Part shown: in pieces, positions 36,181 to 52,585 of the stretch | How positions within the stretch are numbered: position 1 is the stretch's first letter | How the letters are laid out: the number at the start of each line of letters is the position of its first letter | Assembly: GCF_006345805.1 (NCBI RefSeq) | Contig: NC_043011.1 | Span: forward strand, 37,584,464-37,648,463 | Direction: 5' to 3' | Length of the DNA stretch: 64,000 nt | DNA from: Octopus sinensis | Taxonomy: Eukaryota | Program-made: the position numbers and the translations under genes | Notes under the pieces: model-generated | The model's database searches: none | Told to the model about the DNA's origin: nothing | The model's input: the letters and a program-made list of their open reading frames with translations, nothing else

Positions 36181-36622
36181 TATATATATGTAGTATCAGA
36201 TATAGATTCGGAGAGTCATGTGGCTTCCACGAAAGAAGAGTTCCTCTAACGGAATCTTGCTGTGAAACAGACAAACTTTAGGTTAGCTTAATTACATTTA
36301 AAATAAACATCTAAAGGCAATTTCCTAAATTCAAGGTGGTGAAATTATTCTCGCTAATGGCGATTTGTGTAAAAGAATATAGGTGCAGAACAGAATGTGT
36401 AAAAGCATCAGTATCCTCTCAATAGTGTTTTCTCTTGGACCTAATTCTATATCTGACTCAGTGTGCCTTGCTCGGGAGGGAATACCAAAGCGAGGTCACT
36501 CTAAGTTAAAATAAAACTATAGATTCATTACGAATGAGTTAATACTAGTGAGTGATTTGCGCTCGTAGACAACTCGGTCTGAAGAATTGCATAACAAGAA
36601 ACCTGAATGGAAATATATGTAT

Positions 36623-36681
<59 letters not shown>

Positions 36682-36754
36682 GCGCGTGTGTATGTATATA
36701 AATATATATACATACATATATATATATATGTACAGAGAGAGAGAGAGAGACAAA

Positions 36755-36792
<38 letters not shown>

Positions 36793-38759
36793 CATACATA
36801 GATCTTAAGAAAAAATGACAAACTTATATTTCAGTTATACAGTGTAAGGATTTCAATGAATCAACTATAGTTTACATTGCTAATCTGCTGACAAATGATA
36901 CTCATTTTTAAGTTGTAGTTAGAATGTGTGCAAATAAATTCAGAGCAGTAGATAAACAATCAGTCGTTCATTCGTACTTGTATTGAATAATTATTTTAAA
37001 AGAATAAATTATATGAAGATAGATTTTATTTCCACATTATGAAAACTTCAAAACACATTTGTAACGTAAATATTCTCAAACGTCTAAGGTAATCTTCCTG
37101 CCAGATTTCTCTAGGTGTCAGTCATCATTTGTGGTTGCGTATAAGTATTTCTCGCATGAGAAACTTCTATAAACTACAGGACAGAGGTTGAGACATTGCG
37201 TTGTGTCCATCGCTTTCTAAACGCTTTGACTTATTTTGAATTTTCTCAAGGTAGAAAATTGCTAGATTTGGCAAAGCGTTGTATGAAGTGCTTTGCCAAA
37301 TTTCGCTACATTTCTTTCGTTTTAAGTTGAATTACCACTGACATCGAGTATATTTTTGTAGCCGCCTAGGGGTGTGAATTGAACAAAATATCACATAGGT
37401 AATGTTGTCGAATTTTGCATTATAATCTTGCAAACTGAATAACTTTATATCTCCGTGTTATAAACCAATATATTAAGTTTTATTTGTGCAGTTACAACGA
37501 CCAACAAACACTAAGACAAGGTGGCTCTGGACTAATGATTCAGCGGTATTTGATTTGTAATCATACCGCCTTACTTTGGATGTCAGTGTCAATTAGTTTT
37601 TGTACATTCGTATATTGTGATTTATTCCAGCATGCTACAGATCGTTGTTAAGTCAACCCATTGTCGACGTAATGTTACTAAGGATCCAATTCGTATCTTT
37701 CGATAGATAGAAACGAGAGGCATGGATAAAGTAAATAATTTAAATCATGGTTTATCTGGTAAAGACCCTGTAACATGCTGGCCTCTACATAGTTTACTTC
37801 AAACGTTCCTTCTTTTTCTGCAGGAGTAATTGCTATCTTAGTTAATTTGATCGACTTCCAACAATTTTCGTCTATTCATTTCCGTTCGAGTTGTTTTAGA
37901 TGAAAGAACTTGCTCATGGTGGAATGGAACCCAACAAGACGTGGTTAGGCTGAGACTATCTTAACCACTTACCTATATTTGAAACCTCTCAAAGCTAAAT
38001 ACTGCAATGCATTTCATTTGTTGGCTGTACGACTCTAAGAGAAGTGTCCGTTCGTAAATGCGCGCCTGCATATGTTTGAACTCTATAATATATACCTATA
38101 CTATATATTTCATTTAGGAGCAAAAGAAAAATAATTAAAATCTGTCAAAATACATAAAGAGCATGTCAGCTTTCACCTGCTGAATTATAATTATTTCATA
38201 AACTTGTATATATATTTAAAATAAATTTATGAATATTATTTGAAAGACAAGATCATGCTTGATATTTAATAAACTACGATCGTGTATTTTTATTCTAATC
38301 CAAAATTACAAGTCATAAATTTCAATTCATTAATCACTACGAATCATATTGTTTAACCCATGATCAGTCGCCATTCAACAGTTTTATGATAATATGTGTT
38401 TTACTGCTTCGCGCGCCATTCCTTGCCTGGAATGATTGGATGATTTTAGCCTGTAATTTCTGATTGGTCAAGGAATTCAGAGACTTCTTGTGACACTGAT
38501 TAAAATTCATAATTAGAAATCAAAATAATTAATGACTTTTACACTTCTTTTTTCTATTTCTTTTTTTTGCTGCAAGTATTAAAAGTGTGGATACAATTTG
38601 GTAATTGTTTCATTATGCTTTTACAAAGCTGAGCATCTCAGTACAAATCTTGATGCGTAAATATTTCATAAATTTCTGCATATATGACTGAATAATTTCA
38701 GGTATCCTATATGAACACAAGGTATAAAACACTATTCTCATACACTACAAATCAGTAGT

Positions 38760-38975
38760 GAAGGCACGAGGCCTAGTAGGTTAGGCTGTTGCACTCAAAA
38801 TCGCGACAAGGTAAGGTGTTGTGTTCTTAAGCAAAACACTTCATTTCACATTGCTCCTGTCTCCCTTCGGTCAGGGAAGATTGTTGGCCTGCTCGCCAGG
38901 CCAGAGGCGTGGCTTCATTTGAAGGCTAAAACAATACAAAAACGCACTGTGACCAGCGATGTGTAACAACATAAG
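38760..38975 (+). mobile_element. Degenerate tRNA-derived SINE (CORE-like central segment)
   Basis: Head GAAGGCACGAGGCCTAGTAGGTTAGG.., then TGTTGTGTTCTTAAGCAAAACACTTCATTTCACATTGCTC, which resembles CORE-type GTGTCCTTGAGCAAGACACTT. Confidence 0.45.
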
Positions 38976-39319
38976 CTAGATTGGTATGTCACGTAATCAC
39001 GTGACGAATCTAAAAGCAACAGAGAACCCCTGTATAACGTACTTACAAAAGCACAAATAAATATACTTCGAATTATATCTATATTCACATCGTTAAAACT
39101 TTTCAAATTAGATAACGTTGTTCATAGTTTCCGGAGGAAAAGTAACACCACATCATACGGTAACCTCTTCAAATATAAATCTCGTTGTTGAACGTTCTAA
39201 TGCAAGGCTAAACCATACACAAGCACATAGGACCTTTTTTCATACAGGATTCTGGTATTCCTTATTGAAACAATAAAGTGATTATTATAATTATTGTCAT
39301 TCTCATCATCATTATCCCT

Positions 39320-39499
39320 CTTCTTCGTCTTCTTCTTCTTCTTCTTCTTCTTCTTCTTCTTCTTCTTCTTCTTCTTCTTCTTCTCCTCCTCCTCCTCCTT
39401 CTTCTTCTTCTTCTCCCCCTCCTCCTCCTTCTTCTTCTTCTTCTTCTCCGCCTCCTCCTCCTCCTGCTTCCTCTTCGTCTTCGTCTTCTTCTCCCTATG

Positions 39500-39592
<93 letters not shown>

Positions 39593-39612
39593 GTTATTAT
39601 TATTATTATTAT
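39320..39612. repeat. Compound microsatellite (CTT/CCT)n(CAT)n(TAT)n
   Basis: Directly visible. Confidence 0.95.
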
Positions 39613-39613
39613 T

Positions 39614-39770
39614 AAGGCAGTGAGATGGCAGAATCGTTAGCGCACCGGGTGAAATGCTCAGCTGTAATTTCGTCTGTTGTTACGTTCTGAGTTCAAATTC
39701 AACCGAGGTCAACATTGCCTTTCATCCTTTCAGAGTGGATGAAATTGGTACCAGTGACGCACTGGGATCC
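39614..39770 (+). mobile_element. MESC/Meta-like SINE, 3'-truncated
   Basis: AAGGCAGTGAGATGGCAGAATCGTTAGC...GAGTTCAAATTC..CGAGGTCAAC.TTGCCTTTCATCCTTTC. Confidence 0.75.
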
Positions 39771-39859
39771 AAAAATACACTAAATGTTTGAAAAACGTTC
39801 CCTATTGCACCCAGTTTGTGGCGGGCATGAATGTTACAGGAACAAGATTTTAGTTGTAT

Positions 39860-40260
39860 ATAAACCACTATATGAGCCAAGTCACCTCTATAACAAGATA
39901 TAACAGAATCTTTGAGATTTATGTAGAATGTGAGACATGTAAGTATTGCCAGTCGTTGTGTGCAGAGGAATGCACCAAACACAATATGATTTATGTTGGT
40001 TGCACGACAGAAAAATAAAATAGAAGATACAGCGTGGATAGGAGTGACGTCAGTCACCATGGCTGTACTTCGACGGAATTTACACAACTCTACATCAAAC
40101 GGCGAAACATTTGCGAATCAGCTTTAGTACACATACTCATAAAATATTGTAACTCTGCAGCACTATCGTTCTTCCTGAGACAAGATGCGTACGTCACACA
40201 TTGGTTGAAAGAACAAGAATATGACAAGAGAATTGCATATTTACAAAACAGTTTTGACTA
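39860..40260 (+). mobile_element. Possible degraded PLE GIY-YIG fragment
   Basis: CETCKY followed by ECTKHNMIYVGCTTEK*NRRY resembles the Cys linker and the C..YVG.T...R motif. Confidence 0.4.
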
Positions 40261-41965
40261 AGTATTCTCTTTCCATTTTTTCTATTTTCTTCTTTTTTCT
40301 TAAAATTAATCTTCTTTTTACCAGTTGTGAAAAGCCAAGACGGATAACATTCTTCTGTCTAAAAAGGAACACCGGATATTTTAGTTCGAATTTTGAATTT
40401 CTGTATTCCTACATAATTATAATTCGCTTTCAATTTTGAGCTCTAACACGACAAACATGCTGTCGAAATTATTCAATTCATAACAGAGGCTGTTATTATA
40501 TACCGTGTGGCGATCTTTTTACTGTGTAACAATATCAATAATACTTATACTTGAATAAGTAGAAGATCAGTAATTTAAAAATGAATAATTGGTAGTTTAT
40601 ATTACCGAATTGCTTTGAATGGAAGGCCGAACTTAAGGCAACGCAAGAGAGACTGAAAGCACAGCTTTCGAACACGCAAAAGATTCTGCCAAACATGACC
40701 AGTGTTTTCTTATTGTTATTCATCTTGATGATTACGATGACGATAATGATAATGGTGTTGATGGGGGTGGTGATTTTTATCGTAATGCTGACGGTTGTAA
40801 TGATGTTGATGATAGTAGTGGTGATGAATGGTGGTGGTAGTGATGATGATAATGATGATGATGATGATGGAGAGGAGGAGGATAGTATAAAAAAGATCGA
40901 GGAGGAGGAGAAAAAAGGGGAGAAAATGGAAAGAGAAGATTATGGAAAAGCAACAAAATAAATTATTTTCTCACAAAAACAATTCAAATCCATTTAAAAA
41001 TCGCGAAAAAAATATATATAACGGTTAATTTTCCCAAAAAAAATAATAAAAAGTGACTATTGAAAAATATGAATTGAAGTAAGAGAAATCTTAGAAAAAA
41101 TATTTCTTGAATTACGTGGAAAGAAATTGTATCTAACCAATTTCGAATTGGTCTGCCGAAGATATATTAGCAATTTCATGGTTTCATGGCTGCTTAATTT
41201 ATAACTAACTCACTTGTGCAAATTCTTGCCTCATCTCATCATTCTTTACATCTGGTTACAAACACAATTTCATATATATGTATATATAATATATATATAT
41301 ATATTATATATTATATATATATATAATATATATATTATATATAAATAAATATATATATATATACTATATATATTATATATACATATATATACCTATATAT
41401 ATATACATATGTAGGATATATATATATATATAATATATATATTATACACATATATATGTCTACTGTCTGCACCTGTGTTTGTACGTGAATGTTTGCGTAT
41501 GTAATATGTGTGTGTGGATGGATGTGTGTCTGTGTGTACATGTATATATCGTCATCATCACCATCATCATCATCATCATCATTATACAACAGCAAAAACA
41601 AAGCAACCGATCAATGGATTCTACATCATACGTTGATTTGGAAGTGAATATTAGTCAAAGTAGTGCGCAAAATGTTTTGAAAAACATGTACAGGATCCTG
41701 GCGAATTGGGAGGAAGCAAGGAAGGAAGGAAGGAAGGAAGGAAGGAAGGCAAGAAGGGGTGAATGAGAAAGGAATTGAATAGAGAGGAAAAGAAACCGAA
41801 TGGAACATACAAATCAGAAATTTCATAAACAATTCTTTGCGACTGCATCAACCTGCAGAATTATATCTAAAAATGGAATCTTGACAAACACGATAAATAC
41901 GCAAATGGAGAACATAAAGTGTTAGCCAGATGAAGATTTTTAGGGATATCTACCTATCAATCCAT

Positions 41966-42014
<49 letters not shown>

Positions 42015-42079
42015 CTCTCCTCTTCTCCTGTATATATATATATATATATTTGCCTAATAGTGGTTTTGTCTCTAATTTA

Positions 42080-42113
<34 letters not shown>

Positions 42114-42149
42114 CGTATATGAAAATGCACCTATATATACACATATTAT

Positions 42150-43522
<1,373 letters not shown>

Positions 43523-43557
43523 CACACACACATATATATATATATGTAATATATATG

Positions 43558-43643
<86 letters not shown>

Positions 43644-44391
43644 ATATATATATATACATATGTGCAAGGAGACAAGATTTAATTACAAGACGGAAGGTAC
43701 ACGCTGTTCGAATTCTAGAGTTGGACTTTCCTTGCCACATATATGCACTACACTAACGAACACCCATCACTCCTACCTATGCCCTAAAGAAGACGAAGAA
43801 ACGTCATATCGTTGCAGTTACATTATTGGTTCTCTAGAAATGACTTATTAATGCAGCCTTATTAATAAGTTGTTTCTAGACTTTCCTTTTATTTTCTTTC
43901 TTTTTCTTGTATCAATTATTATTTTTTTCCTTTTTGCTCTGAGTGTGATTCAGGCAATTTTTCTTCCTGTGACAGATCTACGTCCAGTTCTTTATAACAT
44001 ATTCTCTTTCCACTGGAGCTTTAAGCCAATGACCAACTTACTGAGATTTGTCGTGCTTTGTCTCCGTATTTATTGTTTATTGTCTTCAAGCTGTATGTAG
44101 CCTTCTCTTTCAACACTCGTTCCCCTTACATTTTAATAACAAACGCCGGAATTTCTTTTGTGTCTTACTCATTGTAGACTCAAGGAATCCAGTCGTTTAG
44201 ATCGGATTGTGTAGCAATTTCTCATTTTTTCATCATCGTGTCTTCCCATCTATTCCGAGTTCGTTTCCATAATCACAAGTAATAATATCTAAACCTGTTG
44301 TAATTGTCTTGGCATTTCGAGTAAACCATTTTCTTACTATTCAAGTCGATTATTTCCATATATAGTGTATACATACCTATATATAATTTTG

Positions 44392-44472
<81 letters not shown>

Positions 44473-45453
44473 ATACACGCACATAAATATAAATATAAAT
44501 ATAAATTCATAGGTATATATATATATAATATATTTTGATTGATCGATTGCCAACACATGTTGTTCTGGAGATGTAGATATGAATTGAATTGATTATATAT
44601 TTGAGTACCTTAACTGATGCGATGATAGCCAGTTGGGGGAAAAATTCAGTTTTATATGTGTGCTTGCATGTGCGTATGCACGAGCGCTTGTATGTGTGCG
44701 TGCGTTATATATTAAATATACGTATATATGTGTCTCCATGTACTTTCAGAGAATGACTTGTAAAAGTACGTATAAACGTGATGCTATCGAGAGAGGGGGT
44801 CGACTTACATGTACATAGGAATGTACATATGTAGTTATTTATTCTGATATACATACAGGTATATATAAAAGCTAAATACATATTCATTTATTTACATATC
44901 CATGCCTACAAATGCTCACATAGTGCTAATGCATATGTATATATAGTTTTCATATGTCTGTGAGTATGTATGTGTCCGTGTGCATATACATACATACAAA
45001 TATATATTTGTGCATATTTATATATACAAATATATACATATATATAAATGAAAATTTACATCCTTCTACACATAAGCATGTATGAATGTGAACATACACA
45101 CGATACAACGTATGTGTACCGTTACCCAAATTGAGAGTCAGTGCTGGGAGATGGCTGAAGATTTTTCAATCAATTGTTTGAAGGAATGGAAAGAAAGTGT
45201 TTATGAGCGAAAGAAACAAATGTAAAACAGAAAGAAACAACGAAAAAATTTTCTAAATCTTGTAAATAAAACGGCTTTTTATTGTAGATATTTATTTATC
45301 CTTTATTCGCTTTATCTTGTCTTCTCTACTCGCACCCACTCCCCATTTGATATGATTCTTCCTAAAATTGCTATATAGTACTTTATCAAAGATAAATACG
45401 AATAAATCCATAGCAAAAGATAAAGAAATAAACTTAATAATAAAAACAACAAC

Positions 45454-45508
<55 letters not shown>

Positions 45509-45987
45509 TCAATAATAATCATATCCATAGAAATTTTAAAAAAAGAAACAAAATATATTAAAATGCGTTTTAACATGAAATGAAATTAATTTTCTTTCCC
45601 TCTTCTCAAACATTTAGCGTTGAAATATCAACAAAAAATTACGAATAAAAATAAGTATACAAACAAAACATTGTGTGTGTGTGTGTGTGTGTGTTTGCGT
45701 GCGAGCATAAGTGCGTGCATACGTACACACATATATGTATATTTAGTTTAGTGCATGCATAAACACACATATGGATAATACGCATGCACACATATATGTA
45801 TATACGTAACTAAATGCAAAGCTTGTTTATTGGTTGTGATATAAATTTATTTTATATATATGTAGATAGATTATCTATATTCATTGTGAAAATTATACAC
45901 ATCCACTGACATACATACGGACATAATGACACGTATACGCAAAAAAACGTACATAAATACTTACACACATACATATATGTGTGTGTG

Positions 45988-46034
<47 letters not shown>

Positions 46035-46252
46035 GCAACGCATATATACGCATGTTTATATGTGTATGTATACTTCTGTGTGTATGTATGTATGTATGTA
46101 TATAATGAAATAAAAATATTTCTTCATAATCTTATTTCTGTTCACTACTTCATCATACATATATACATCGCATTCTTATTCTTTCTCTCTAATTATCGTA
46201 TATATTTTATGCTGTTTTATGTAATATATATATATATATATATATATATATC

Positions 46253-46286
<34 letters not shown>

Positions 46287-47102
46287 ATATATATAAATAT
46301 ATTCACAAGCGTCTTTTAATTAATTTTTATCACCATCATCCTGTTGTTATTATTATCATTATTATTATTATATTATTATATTATTATATTATTATTATTA
46401 TATTACTATTATTGTACTGCTTGAAAATCTTTTTGTTAATAATTTAGCATTCAGTTTGGAATAAATAATCAGTGGCTACATAAATATATTATGAATGCAA
46501 TTGGCAACATGTAGCTGTTTAATTCAACACATTATGTATTAATTTAGATTTATTTTTCTCCCCACAAGGAATTCACAAAGAGAAAATGAATACTGCCACA
46601 GGTATAGTAAAGTTTGGAGAGTTATTACTTTCTATTTGTTTTAGTGCTATAATTAGACGAGAATTGCTACAGTCATTTTTTTAATAAAAAATTTTTTCTT
46701 CTCTTGATATCGCCCCACGCGTTTGCTTAATTCATTATTAATGAATCTGAAAAATATGGATCGCTGAGGTATATTACTGGAAGTGCTAAATACGTTTTGC
46801 CTTTTCAAGTAGTCTGTATACCAACCGTTGGAGTGTTTCGGTCGGTTTCATATCTCTTCTTGTTTCTTTCTATCGTTGAGTATTTCGTTTTTGCTCTAAA
46901 TGCTATTGGTGTTCCTCACACACATACACACACCCACGCACGCAACACGCACACACACACACACACACGCATACACGCACATACTCAGCCTAACATTAAC
47001 ATTTGATTTTAGAACAGAAAATCATTTGGCTTAATTGATATACATGCATACATACATATATATTCATACATATAATACATACATATATATATACATATAT
47101 GC

Positions 47103-47161
<59 letters not shown>

Positions 47162-47646
47162 GTTGTGTGTGTACACATATACATTATAAATATTATCGGA
47201 ATACAATAGTATTATTTCGCTGCTAAATAAATCACCTTGAATATAGAATTACAAATATAAAATAATGCTATAATTAGGCACCAACGTCTACTGGAAATAT
47301 CAGTCGATAACTGATTTCTGTTCTGCTTACGGCTAGGCGATCAAACGAATATATTGGCGTTGATGTAACGAATATTCAAAAATTCCGTGTTTGGTGAATG
47401 TAGCTGATGAGGACTAACCGAATTTACGGTAACAAGCGTATAAGAGAAACCCGAAACTCGAGTACTAGATTATCCACTCTAGGTTATTCATCTATCCGGT
47501 GATCTTACTAGAGGTAAGACGTAAACATTTGTATTCGTTGCCTACACACATCTTTGTCAATATATATTCAGTGAAGCTTACATAGCGTCGTACTGTTAAC
47601 CACTACTATTTCCAGCATTTAGCATGTTGTACTACTATTTTATGGG

Positions 47647-47680
<34 letters not shown>

Positions 47681-47709
47681 TGTGTTACGACAGAGGAGGC
47701 AGTCAGAAG

Positions 47710-47809
47710 NNNNNNNNNNNNNNNNNNNNNNNNNNNNNNNNNNNNNNNNNNNNNNNNNNNNNNNNNNNNNNNNNNNNNNNNNNNNNNNNNNNNNNNNNNN
47801 NNNNNNNNN
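47710..47809. other. Assembly gap (100 N)
   Basis: Run of exactly 100 n, a conventional gap of unknown size. Confidence 0.99.
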
Positions 47810-47935
47810 GAATCCGGCAACTAGTATCACCAAATTCAATGTGTGAATGAAAAGATTGTGTCACCAGCCCCTTCCCACCCGCGTGTAGCAAAACAAGATG
47901 CTGTGGTCATCTACTGAGTAAAATATGGTTATCGT

Positions 47936-48507
47936 ATAATGAAGGGTGAAATTAATTAATTTGGAATAATTAATCAATTACACCAAGTAGTCTTCGGCAT
48001 GTAAAAGCCTCATTCGAGGAAATTTAAGTAATACTAAGCAATAAAGAGTTTAGCAACGAATTGCCTTACCACATACCGAATTAGAAATAGCAGTCAAAGA
48101 GTTATAGCTATTTCTTCTACTAAAAAGGGAGATCTCAGTAAAAACAGCAATTGGAAGGCAGACACACAAACAGGTAATTCTTATGCTTTCCTAAAAACTT
48201 GATTTCGAAACGTACGTCCGTAGATAACTTAAAATTGTATGATAGATTGCCGTCAATTCATTCTCTCTTACCTGTTTGTGTCTGCCTCCAATTGCTGTTT
48301 TTACTGAGATCTCCCTTTTTAGTAGAAGAAATAGCTATAACTCTTTGACTGCTATTTCTAAATTCGGTATGTTGGTAAGGCAATTCGTTGCTAACCCTTT
48401 ATTGCTTAGTATTACTTAAATTTTCCTCGAATGAGGCTTTTACATGCCGAAGACAACTTGGTGTAAGTGATAATTATTCCAAATTAATTAATTGCACCCT
48501 TCATTAT
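47936..48507. repeat. Long inverted repeat (arms about 240 bp, spacer about 90 bp), probably PLE terminal-repeat derived
   Basis: 47936..48177 is approximately the reverse complement of 48268..48507, with only scattered differences. The spacer contains GAAAC-GTAC-GTC (48207..48218), the 3' half of a minimal hammerhead. Confidence 0.85.
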
Positions 48508-48513
48508 TACGTA

Positions 48514-48595
<82 letters not shown>

Positions 48596-49700
48596 GATAT
48601 ATTCACTTATATATATGCATATATCGGTGTGTGTATACATACAAGTGGATATATACGTATACATATAATTGTAGATAGATGATAGATAGATAAATAGATA
48701 GATATAGATCAATCTATACATTCACACATACACACATGCACACTTGCATAGATACATACACTCATCTATGCATACATGTATATATGTATATTTAGGCAGT
48801 GTAATATAAGGGCATATATTACCAACTGTTCAACAGTATATTATGCAGTGGTATTGTATATTATTTTACCACGAAGAGTACTGAACATGTATGCTCAATT
48901 TAATTGGAAAATTTGAAATGTAGATAAATTATTTGCTAAACGGAATTGTACTTGAATTGAGTGAAAGAGAGAAAGAGAGAAAGTGTGTGTGAGAGAGTGT
49001 GTGTGAGAAAGCGTGAGAGAGATAGAGAGGATCAATGAGAAAACGACAGAGATATCTAGTCACAGCTACTAATGTAATACTTGAATACATTGTAAATGTC
49101 CTACCCAGGTGTGTTGAATATCCGAAATTTTAAAATATCCACCATGATACTGACAATCTATCCGTAATGATCAGGCCTAGATTTGCAACGAGGGCTACAT
49201 TCTACTGGCTCCACCCATCTCCACTTTTCAGTAAGAGTCATATAGATTCGTACGTTGCAACCTGCACGTTATTTTGCTATACATTCAATCTGTACATGCT
49301 TAGCTATTTCATCTCGCTGTTTTTATATATCTAAGCATATGTCTTTTTATCCCCTATCCATTCCTCTCTCTCTCTTCCTCTTTCTCTCTCTCTCTATCTA
49401 TCTATCTACTATCTATCTATCTATCGATCGATCTATCCACCTGTTTACATCTACAATCTGAAGATATAGCAATGGCTGAGCATTAAATCTTGCAATCACA
49501 ACTAAAATTATTTTTATTATCTTTCGCAATATCCTAGTAAACTGCGTCTAAAATCATGTAACTGCTTTTAAGTCAATCATCACTCACTCGCTTGAACTAT
49601 ACCACATACTCCTACACTTACCTGGTTATATATATATATATTTTTTTTTAAATCTAGTTTCAGCTCACGAGCTGTGGCCATGCTGGGGCACCGCCATTTT

Positions 49701-49753
<53 letters not shown>

Positions 49754-49944
49754 CTCCCTTGAATGAATCCCCAAAGGGAGTCACAAATTTGGTCGTTGCA
49801 TAATAACTATTACTTTCCCCCTATCACACGTCACTAATAATTCTCGCTCCGTCTGTTTTCTCCGATCTTTGAATTTTCTTTTTAGTTAACCACGTAACGG
49901 CGTAACACATTTAACCTCAGCTCATCAATATATTGATAACATTC

Positions 49945-50142
49945 CTGGCATAAGATCTTAAATTTTGGGTAAGGGGACAGTCGAATTCACTATGCCCCAG
50001 GAATCAATTGGTATTTATTTTAGTTCCAACGAAAGGATGAAGGGCAATTTTCACCTCGACGAAATTTGAACAGAGAATATAAGACTTGAAAATATGCCGC
50101 TGAACTTTTTGTCTGGCGTGTTAAGGATTCTGCCAGATCACC
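49945..50142 (-). mobile_element. Degenerate MESC/Meta-like SINE
   Basis: CGAAAGGATGAAGGGCAA..CACCTCGACGAAATTTGAAC..GGCGTGTTAAGGATTCTGCCAGATCACCG. Confidence 0.6.
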
Positions 50143-50147
50143 GAATC

Positions 50148-50537
50148 TATGATGATGATAATAATAATATTCATAATAATGATAATAATAATAATAATAA
50201 TTATAATAACAATGGAAATAATAATAACAAAATAACGATAACAATGATGAGAAGAAAGATGATGTCGAGGACAATAGCGTCAATAGAGAAGAAGAAGAAG
50301 AAGAAGAAGAAGAAGAAGAAGAAGGATAAGAAGAAGAAGAAGAAGAAAAAAGAAGATGAAGGAGAAGAAGAAGAAGAAGAAGAAGAAGAAGAAGGAGAAG
50401 GAGAAGAAGGAGAAGAAGAAGAAAAAAGAAGAAGAAGGAAAAGAAGAAGAAGAAGAAGAAGAAGAAGAAGAAGGAGAAGGAGAAGAAGGAGGAGAAGAAG
50501 AAGAAGAAGAAGAAGAAGAAGAAGAAGAAGAAGATAA
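50148..50537. repeat. Compound microsatellite (AAT)n then (GAA/GGA)n
   Basis: Directly visible. Confidence 0.95.
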
Positions 50538-51224
50538 CTGAGTTGATGTCCATGATGATGCTGATAAAGAAATATGATAATAATCAGGAGGACCGTGAAG
50601 ATAATGACGCCGACAACCCGAGAAAAAATGATTAAAACATTGCAATTTGGAAGTCTTAGAAGAAAATAAAACGTAATTAGAATTACTGTATTTATTAAAA
50701 TAAATTGATTTATATTCATAAAGCAAATAACAAATTCATTAAATATTTTATTAATTTCATGGTATCTTTCTTGCTACTACTTCAGAAATTGCAACTAATA
50801 TGTTATATCTGCGACTGTTAAAATATAATAGTCTACACCTTTTCATGTAAAGAAATAGACGAAATACAAAATTTCATATAAATGGACAACGAACGTTACG
50901 ACGAATCCGATAATCGACAGCATAATACTGTATAATATAAGAATTCTGGGATTGTTATTGTCAAATAGACATCAGGATTACTTACGTAGCCATTTTATAT
51001 TTGATGGGGGGAATATGAGTGTGTATATATATTTGTGTGTTTGTGTGTGTGGGTTTCAGTATTATATGCGCGTATATTAGTGTTTTATATATATATATAT
51101 ATATAGAGAGAGATTCATATTTCTATATACATATATATGTGTGTGTATAGAATGTATGTTAGTATTTCTAGATTCTTATATATATATATTTATATAAATC
51201 TACGGATACTCTGAAATTTTCAGC

Positions 51225-51437
<213 letters not shown>

Positions 51438-52161
51438 GCCACTCTATCTCTTTATGTATCTATCTAAATCTCAGACACGCAGGCACAGAAACGCACACAC
51501 ATGTACATACAAGCATTTACGTTAATCTCTGTTTCTCCGAATGAATATATGTTTATTTTTATCGAATCATTTGCGTAAAAAAATCAAATTCGGATATATC
51601 ATTTTGTACTTTTATGCGCACACACACTCATACACACAAACACACGTATAGAACACCATTGTATTTTTCCTGTCAAATAGTTTTCCTTTTTATATGATCT
51701 GTTACATTTCCATATAAAAATCAGTGAAATATAAAATAAGTCAATGAAAACATTAAAAAAAATTAGTCGATATTCGTTTTTGTGAAATGAAAATCGTTTC
51801 GATAATATGACATTTATATTCTATATCAATCTTTACAATCGCCTTGTGTATAGTTTATTTGCTTCGCTATCGTGTTTTTTTTAATGAATGAACGAATGCC
51901 TGTTGGTATGTTTTCACGGTTGTGTTTTTTTTTTCTGGGCTGGTGTACGTATGCGTGTACGTGCATGTGTACGTGTGTGTGTGTGTTTGTATGTGTTCCC
52001 GTGTGCTTGTGTGTTCGTGCCTCTGTGTGTGTGTGTGTGTGCACCTGCGTGTAGATATGTGTTGAAATGACGCGTGCGAAGAGAAAAGCGGAGTGGGAAA
52101 CGAAATGGGATACATACTCACATATATATGTACATATATATACATATCTATGTATATATTA

Positions 52162-52307
52162 ATGCGTGTATGTGTATCTATATATATAAGTATGTATATG
52201 CATATATGTATATATATGTATATATGAATATATATATATTTATATACGTATGTATATATATATGTATATGTGTATACACACACAAAGACACACACACACA
52301 CACACAC

Positions 52308-52347
<40 letters not shown>

Positions 52348-52493
52348 TCATGCGTGTATGTGTATCTATATATATAAGTATATATATGCATATATGTATA
52401 TATATGTATATATGAATATATATATATATACGTATGTATATATATATATATATATATGTATATGTGTATACACACACAAAGACACAGACACAC

Positions 52494-52520
<27 letters not shown>
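52162..52520 (+). repeat. Tandem duplication of a complex microsatellite unit (period 188 nt)
   Basis: ATGCGTGTATGTGTATCTATATATATAAGTA...GTGTATACACACACAAAGACAC begins at both 52162 and 52350. Confidence 0.75.

Positions 52521-52585
<65 letters not shown>

Noticed and set aside
39262-39640. Protamine-like poly-Arg ORF (also 50094..50537)
   Set aside because: These are (GAA/CTT)n microsatellites, with none of the Tyr/Ser pattern or gene context of a real protamine.
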